From contig OX597819.1 in assembly GCA_951406725.2 (NCBI GenBank), positions 34,720,001-34,784,000 on the forward strand: a DNA stretch of 64,000 bases, in the 5' to 3' direction. A program made the translations under genes and the position numbers. Below are positions 57,886 to 64,000 of this stretch, piece by piece (position 1 is the stretch's first letter; each line of letters starts with the position of its first letter). The stretch is from Octopus vulgaris (Eukaryota). The notes beneath the pieces are model-generated. The model was not told where the DNA came from. It saw only the letters and a program-made list of their open reading frames with translations, and did no database searches.

Positions 57886-58407
57886 CCGTAAATCCTGGAG
57901 TATAGTCCGCCCTTGAGTATAATACGCAGGGAATTTTTAGGGGGCTATACCTCTGAAAAACCTAAACCTTGTGTATAATACACACCCCTTCTCTAACTTG
58001 AGCTGTGCGTAATTAAGCCAGCAGCACCTAGTCGAACAAACACTTCCGTGCATGCGTAATACAATAATGGTGATATTCTTAACTGTTATATGGGAATGTA
58101 AATATGTTTTCAACTTGCTTTTGTTACATGTTATTCTGTGTTCTGAATACTTTTATTTTAATAAATGTTGTTTACTGCAAGTTACGGGTGATTCTTTTAT
58201 GACTTCATTGCTTTCAGGCTTAGCTTAAGGTTTTTTCGCGCCCGACATCACAAAATACGTCGGAATAAACATTGCCGTACAGCAAAGAGAGATACGGACA
58301 TTGCCTAGAAAATATTTTTCATTTTTAACCTTGTATATAGCACGCACTAGGGATTTTGACCTTTAAATTTTGGGAAGAAAGTACGGATTATACTCGAGGA
58401 TTTACGG
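57886..58407. mobile_element. Tc1/mariner-pogo-type MITE
   Basis: TA|CCGTAAATCCTGGAGTATAGTCCG...CGGATTATACTCGAGGATTTACGG|TA. Confidence 0.85.
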
Positions 58408-58724
58408 TACGGAAACTAGCTTATATGGCAAAATCATATCGTTGCATTATACCTTTTTCCCCAATGTACATTCTCCATACATATGTGTCTTACATTATTT
58501 CATGACTGTATTAAATTTAGGAAACGTTTTTAATTATCTAAATGGAAATTGCCCCAGATGAATAAAAGGAATAAACTACCATCCGCCTGTCAGTTATTTG
58601 CAATGGGTGACAACAGGATCATAACGGTGATGCGTCACCCTGGTTGACGATCGTGGCAGCATATAGCATCATAGGTGAAAATGCGAGTTTTGCATCCTCT
58701 GTAATAGTTCTCTTGACCAAAATA

Positions 58725-58946
58725 TTGGTTTCAAATTTTTGGCACAAGGCCAGCAATTTTGGGGTGGAGGAGAGGTAAGCCGATAACATCGACTCCGTTG
58801 CTCAACTGGTACTTATTTTATCGACTCCGAGAGAATAAAAGGCGAAGTCGACCTAGGCGGAATTTGGAATCAGCACGTAAAGACGAACGAAATGCCGCTA
58901 AGCATTTTGCCTAGAATGCTAACGATTCTGCCAGCTCGCCACCTTA
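58725..58946 (-). mobile_element. SINE family B (older variant) with TSD-like caaaatattg
   Basis: Match to the family B consensus. Confidence 0.75.
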
Positions 58947-59328
58947 TTCTCCCGATCAAAATATTGACAATTATACTGTTGCTCTGAAAGATAATAACGT
59001 TCAAATACGGCGATCGAGAAACGTAATTTATATATGATAAATTTATTGTTTCATCCTTTATTTCAGTATAATGCGCACAACATCGTATTTACAAGCACAG
59101 AATCATACAAAACCATTTTAAAATATTTTTCATTAGATGTATTAAAAAAATATGCTAAATAAGGTTTTTTTTCCTGCAAAATATACTAATAAAATAGGGG
59201 TGCTTCTTAAGTAAGAGTACATCTTATACACCGCAAGATAATATTTGTTTTAATGTACAAAAAAGCCAAAGAGAATTTGATGGGTTTTTTTTTGTTTTTG
59301 GAAGGGATCTCTTTGTACATGTGTGTGA

Positions 59329-59411
<83 letters not shown>

Positions 59412-59799
59412 CGTGTGCAAAAGTGCTGATTGAGTGGGAGTAGATCCTGACACATTCAATATTTGCAACCATTTACTGATTATGCAAGGAAATGATGAAA
59501 TATAGATAGATTGATTACGTTATAGTTTCTACTGAAAAGAAATGAAAACAGAATAGTTTTAGCTGCAGCAAGTTTCAAAATATTTCTTTGGTATTTGTTC
59601 ACAATACGTTTCATACATCAAACTCAATCTCACGTTCATAGCCAGCTTTACAATCAAGGATAATACACTAAAACTCTAAAACAAAACACTCGCGCACGCA
59701 CACACACACACACACACACACGATCTACGGTTTTTCAATATAATGAATAGCACGTATCAATCAATATCCATCTCGTTATTAATAAATAATAATAATAAC

Positions 59800-59859
<60 letters not shown>

Positions 59860-59937
59860 CTAGAAGAGAATTTCTTTTAAATCCTATCTGCATTGTTGTG
59901 TGTGTGTATATACGTATGCATATAGATAGGTGCGTGC

Positions 59938-59999
<62 letters not shown>

Positions 60000-60271
60000 G
60001 GGGCATGGCCTAGCGTTTAAGTCGTGGTTTCAATTCCCAGATCGAGTGGTACGTTGTATTCTTGAGCAAAACACTTCATCTCACGTTACTCTGCGACCAC
60101 TTCGACACCTCACGTGCGGTACACCGTGCACCTGTTCAGACAACGTCGATTTGATGGCGAGGGTGAGTTAACGTACGGCACATACATTTGATCATTTTAA
60201 ACAAATCATCTGCGCAAGTTGTTCGGCAAAAGCTTGACGCTTATACGCCGTCTTCGACGGGAGAGTCCATC

Positions 60272-60320
<49 letters not shown>

Positions 60321-60422
60321 GGAGTAAACACATAAATGTGAAACAAGGTGGAAAAAAGAGTACTCAAATACCAGTGGTAGAGTAATATGCTTTATTTAAA
60401 GCAGCAGAAAATTCAACAAAAT

Positions 60423-60460
60423 CTGTTACTCTGAGTTTCTCGTTGCCGTTCATCAGACAG
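60423..60460 (-). ncRNA. Minimal type-I hammerhead motif
   Basis: ctgt CTGATGA a-cg-gcaa-cg-a GAAA ctcagag TA acag. Confidence 0.75.
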
Positions 60461-60499
60461 TTTTGCTAGCGTTCATCAGACAGTTTTTGCTAGCAAAAA

Positions 60500-60537
60500 C
60501 TGTCTGATGAACGGCAAGGAGAAACTCAGAGTAACAG
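60500..60537 (+). ncRNA. Minimal type-I hammerhead motif (inverted copy, one stem II change)
   Basis: ctgt CTGATGA acggcaagga GAAA ctcagag TA acag. Confidence 0.7.
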
Positions 60538-60569
60538 ATTTTGTTGAATTTTCTGCTGCTTTAAATAAA

Positions 60570-60636
<67 letters not shown>

Positions 60637-60647
60637 ATATATATTAT

Positions 60648-61041
60648 ACTCTTTTACTTGTTTCAGTCATTTGACTGCGGCCATGCTGGAGCACCGCCTT
60701 TAGTCGAGCAAATCGACCCCGGGACTTATTCCTTGTAAGCCCAGTACTTATTCTATCGGTCTCTTTTGCCGAACCGCTAAGTTACGGGAACGTAAACACA
60801 CCATCATCGGTTGTCAAGCGATGTTGGTGAGGGACAAACACAGACACACACAAATATATATATATATATACATGTATACGACGGATTTCCTTCAGTTTCC
60901 GTCTACCAAATCCACTCACAAGGCTTTGGTCGACCCGAGGCTATAGTAGAAGACACTTGCCCAAGGGGCCACGCAGTGGGACTGAACCCGGAACCATGTG
61001 GTTCGTAAGCAAGCTACTTACCACACATCCACTCCTGTGCC
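60648..61041 (-). mobile_element. SINE family A
   Basis: Full-length match. Confidence 0.9.
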
Positions 61042-61042
61042 T

Positions 61043-61078
<36 letters not shown>

Positions 61079-61193
61079 TAATAATAATATGACAACAAAG
61101 AATAAATGAGACCTCGATATTATGTAGAGGAATTTATAAATATAATATGAGACAAATCCACTCAAAGGCTTTGTCACATATTATATATGTATG

Positions 61194-61260
<67 letters not shown>

Positions 61261-61264
<4 letters not shown>

Positions 61265-61550
61265 AAGCTTTATGAAAATAAACAAAAGACGAAGGCAGGT
61301 GGAATACAAACAATTGTATTAGTATGGCGCTCAGGAATATAAATAAAACAAGTCTTTTACGTTTCGAGCCTACGCTCTTCAACAGAAAGATACACAGAAA
61401 AGAAACATGGAGAGAAACAAGGAGAGAAAAAAAATGCGTGCAGAGGCTAGCGAATCAACATGGCGATCTGATTTCGGCCAGATCAAACGTGCGACGCAAG
61501 AGCGAAATTAGGGGAGATAACAGGGTCAAATGACCTCGCCCCAACATAAG
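61261..61550 (-). mobile_element. Penelope-like insert in (TA)n with a variant hammerhead (61353-61390)
   Basis: Minus strand: tcttt CTGTTGA a gagc-gtag-gctc GAAA cg TA aaaga. Related to the insert at 6831-7063. Confidence 0.6.
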
Positions 61551-61699
61551 ATATATATATATATATATATCCTTCCATTCTGCGTAAACCAACAAAGCCT
61601 AGGGTTGTATATCTGGGCTATCGGGGTGGCCAATGGCTTGAAGAAAGCGGCTTGAGAAGCAAACTACTTACATGGCTAGAACAATTAAGATCTTTCAAA

Positions 61700-62480
61700 T
61701 TAACAATAAAATGTCAAAAGCAGAAAAGCAAATTAATACTATGACATCACGCAATAAAACAGTTATAACAACTGGGTCAGTTATACAGTTGAATTGCCTT
61801 CAGAGAATGGAGAGAGGCGTAGGGCTACTTGGTATTTTCAAAATAATATTACAAGTATGAGCTTCAGATTGCATGATTTTTCATTTGATTCAGAACATTC
61901 TTAGATTCTTTGTCAAAGAAATTCCATTGAAAAATAGTTGTCTTTCGAACTTATAGCTATTGTTGTTATATATATATATATAATGTATTGAGTATTAAGG
62001 AAGTAGTGAGTACTTAGTATGAAAGATTAAGAAAGTGAGAGAGACTGAAAAAACGTGTTAACGATACGAGATACTTTATTAGACTGCGCGTTGTTGTACA
62101 AGGTATTTCTTTGTTGTGGCGGGAAACTTATTGATTGTCCTTGTATCAAGGGAGACAATGGGCAACGTTAATTGTTCATGTTTGTTGTGATGATTACATA
62201 ACAGCTATTACGGTCAAGAAAAAAGGTCAGATTAAAATAATCGAGAATATTTTCCTAAAAATAAATAATTATTTAGTGGAAGCTAACAGAGAAGTAACAA
62301 TTAGTTGGTTGCCTGGACACATAAATATTTAAGATAAACGGAAAATCAGATGAATCGGCAAAAGGTGGAGCACAAAAAGATATAACAGATGTGCGAGGCT
62401 GCATCTCAAATATTATACACAAGTCAAAGCCTTCAGCAAAATCATATTAGTCAAGGGTGGAGAAAATATTGGGAAGGAAA
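61700..62480 (+). pseudogene. RNase H relic, probably from an I/Nimb-type LINE, split by a solo LTR
   Basis: SYTVEL (cf. S.F.AEL) and VTISWLPGHINI..NGKSDESAK (cf. WIPGH.GI.GNE.AD..AK), with frameshifts. Confidence 0.55.
61961..62203 (-). mobile_element. Solo LTR of the same Gypsy family
   Basis: Reverse complement of 54274-54511 with several differences; TG..CA ends; 5-bp TSD gctat on both sides. Confidence 0.93.
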
Positions 62481-62803
62481 CGTGAGATAAACTCCTAACT
62501 GTAATCCTATCCTAATACTGTCGCAGACAGAGATAGTATCAATAATATATAAAGTATATCAGACATTTAACAAGATTAATAACTAAAGACTCTATTGGCT
62601 TTAAACTGGACAACTCGTATTACTTTGAACACTATTCTTTCATAAACAAGCTGTATGGAATCACCTAACGAGGATTATCTGGAAGCCTGATTTCTGCTAA
62701 AATTACTTCTCTGAGAGAGAGGATATTTTAAAAATTGTCTCAACGCCGACGAAAGTTGGGGATACAATTTATTTTCAAGGGTTTACCAACCATAGAAAAT
62801 AAT

Positions 62804-63205
62804 TGGCTGTGTGGTAAGTAGCTTGCTAACCAACCACATGGTTCCGGGTTCAGTCCCACTGCGTGGCATCTTGGGCAAGTGTCTTCTGCTATAGCCCCGG
62901 GCCGACCAATGCCTTGTGAGTGGATTTGGTAGACGGAAACTGAAAGAAGCCTGTCGTATATATGTATATATATATGTGTGTGTATATATGTGTTTGTGTG
63001 TCTGTGTTTGTCCCCCTAGCATTGCTTGACAACCGATGCTGGTGTGTTTACGTCCCCGTCACTTAGCGGTTCGGCAAAAGAGACCGATAGAATAAGTATT
63101 GGGCTTACAAGGAATAAGTCCCGGGGTCGATTTGCTCGACTAAAGGCGGTGCTCCAGCATGGCCGCAGTCAAATGACTGAAACAAGTAAAAGAGTAAAAG
63201 AGTAA
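62804..63205 (+). mobile_element. SINE family A
   Basis: Near full-length match. Confidence 0.9.
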
Positions 63206-64000
63206 GTAAAACAATAAACTATTCATTGCATGTTCTTCTTTCTCCCTTTTTCCATTCTTTTTTTTTTTCTAGTTTTTGTGATTTTATTTGTTGTTTATTC
63301 GTTTGTCCTCAATCTCTTATGACTCACCAACTTAACACAGCTGACTGTATAGATATGTAAATATAGAAATAATATATCGTTTTGGTAGTATCTGCATACA
63401 AAGGATTTTGCTTATAGTGTTGCACTCCACGGAGCAATTCCTTCCGAATGTTAACAACTATAAATAGTTGTTCGTCTTTCTAAGATACACTAGTGACTGT
63501 ATAACCATCCATTTCGATGAATGAATGTGTAGAAAGGTTTGTAAAGGAAAAACTTGACGGCCCGTTTAGAAAGGAAATCTGAAACGCGAGAATATTATAT
63601 TTGGTCTGAAAATGAAAACCAAATTAATCAAATACCACTGTTGGAGTTAGGTTTCTTTGATAAACAAACAAGTTCTGTAGAAACTAATGACAATCAGGGA
63701 ATTGCTATATATAAGGACAACAGACAGTGGAATCAGTTATTTGTTTTGATAGTATTAAATTTGTCATATAATATCTACAAAATATGAACAAGTAATTATA
63801 TACACATTTGTTCTTTTAGAGTAAATTATGTGAAAGTTAAATAAAATATTTGATGAAATCTTTAATAATTACTAGTCTGACGGTCTAACTGACTCATTCT
63901 TTTTGCTGTATATTAATTTTCAAGTCAAACTTGAAATAGCAATTTGATTTACAACGAATTTGATATTGAATTAATTTTCTTGGTGATTAATGGCGATTTA

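Larger units (their letters stand above)
60319..60570. mobile_element. Penelope-like inverted insert in (TA)n with two opposed hammerheads
   Basis: Inverted arms 60390-~60470 and ~60490-60570, with a short internal tandem duplication. Confidence 0.7.

Overview
AT-rich eukaryotic, repeat-dominated window with no recognisable host exon. The tRNA-derived SINE families, (TA)n/(TAA)n/(CA)n/(GATA)n microsatellites and LINE set look like an octopus (cephalopod) genome; this is inferred, not proven. It contains (TAA)n-targeted R4/Dong-like RLE LINE fragments; relics of CR1-, RTE-, Tx1/L1-, HERO- and I/Nimb-type LINEs; mariner, Tigger and hAT elements and MITEs; two non-autonomous Helitrons; a young, internally deleted Gypsy LTR element with PBS, PPT and TSD nested in a SINE; and a solo LTR of the same family. 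The most interesting signal is a set of unrelated 200-450 bp non-coding inserts inside (TA)n microsatellites. They carry minimal type-I hammerhead ribozyme motifs, mostly with self-complementary stem III, and several are folded into inverted repeats. This matches Penelope-like pseudo-LTR or retrozyme-type elements. Also notable are SINE tandem arrays joined at one fixed nucleotide junction, a fold-back duplication with a templated 31-bp insert, and an unidentified ~158-codon ORF broken between two homopolymers. All family assignments are by eye and need database confirmation.
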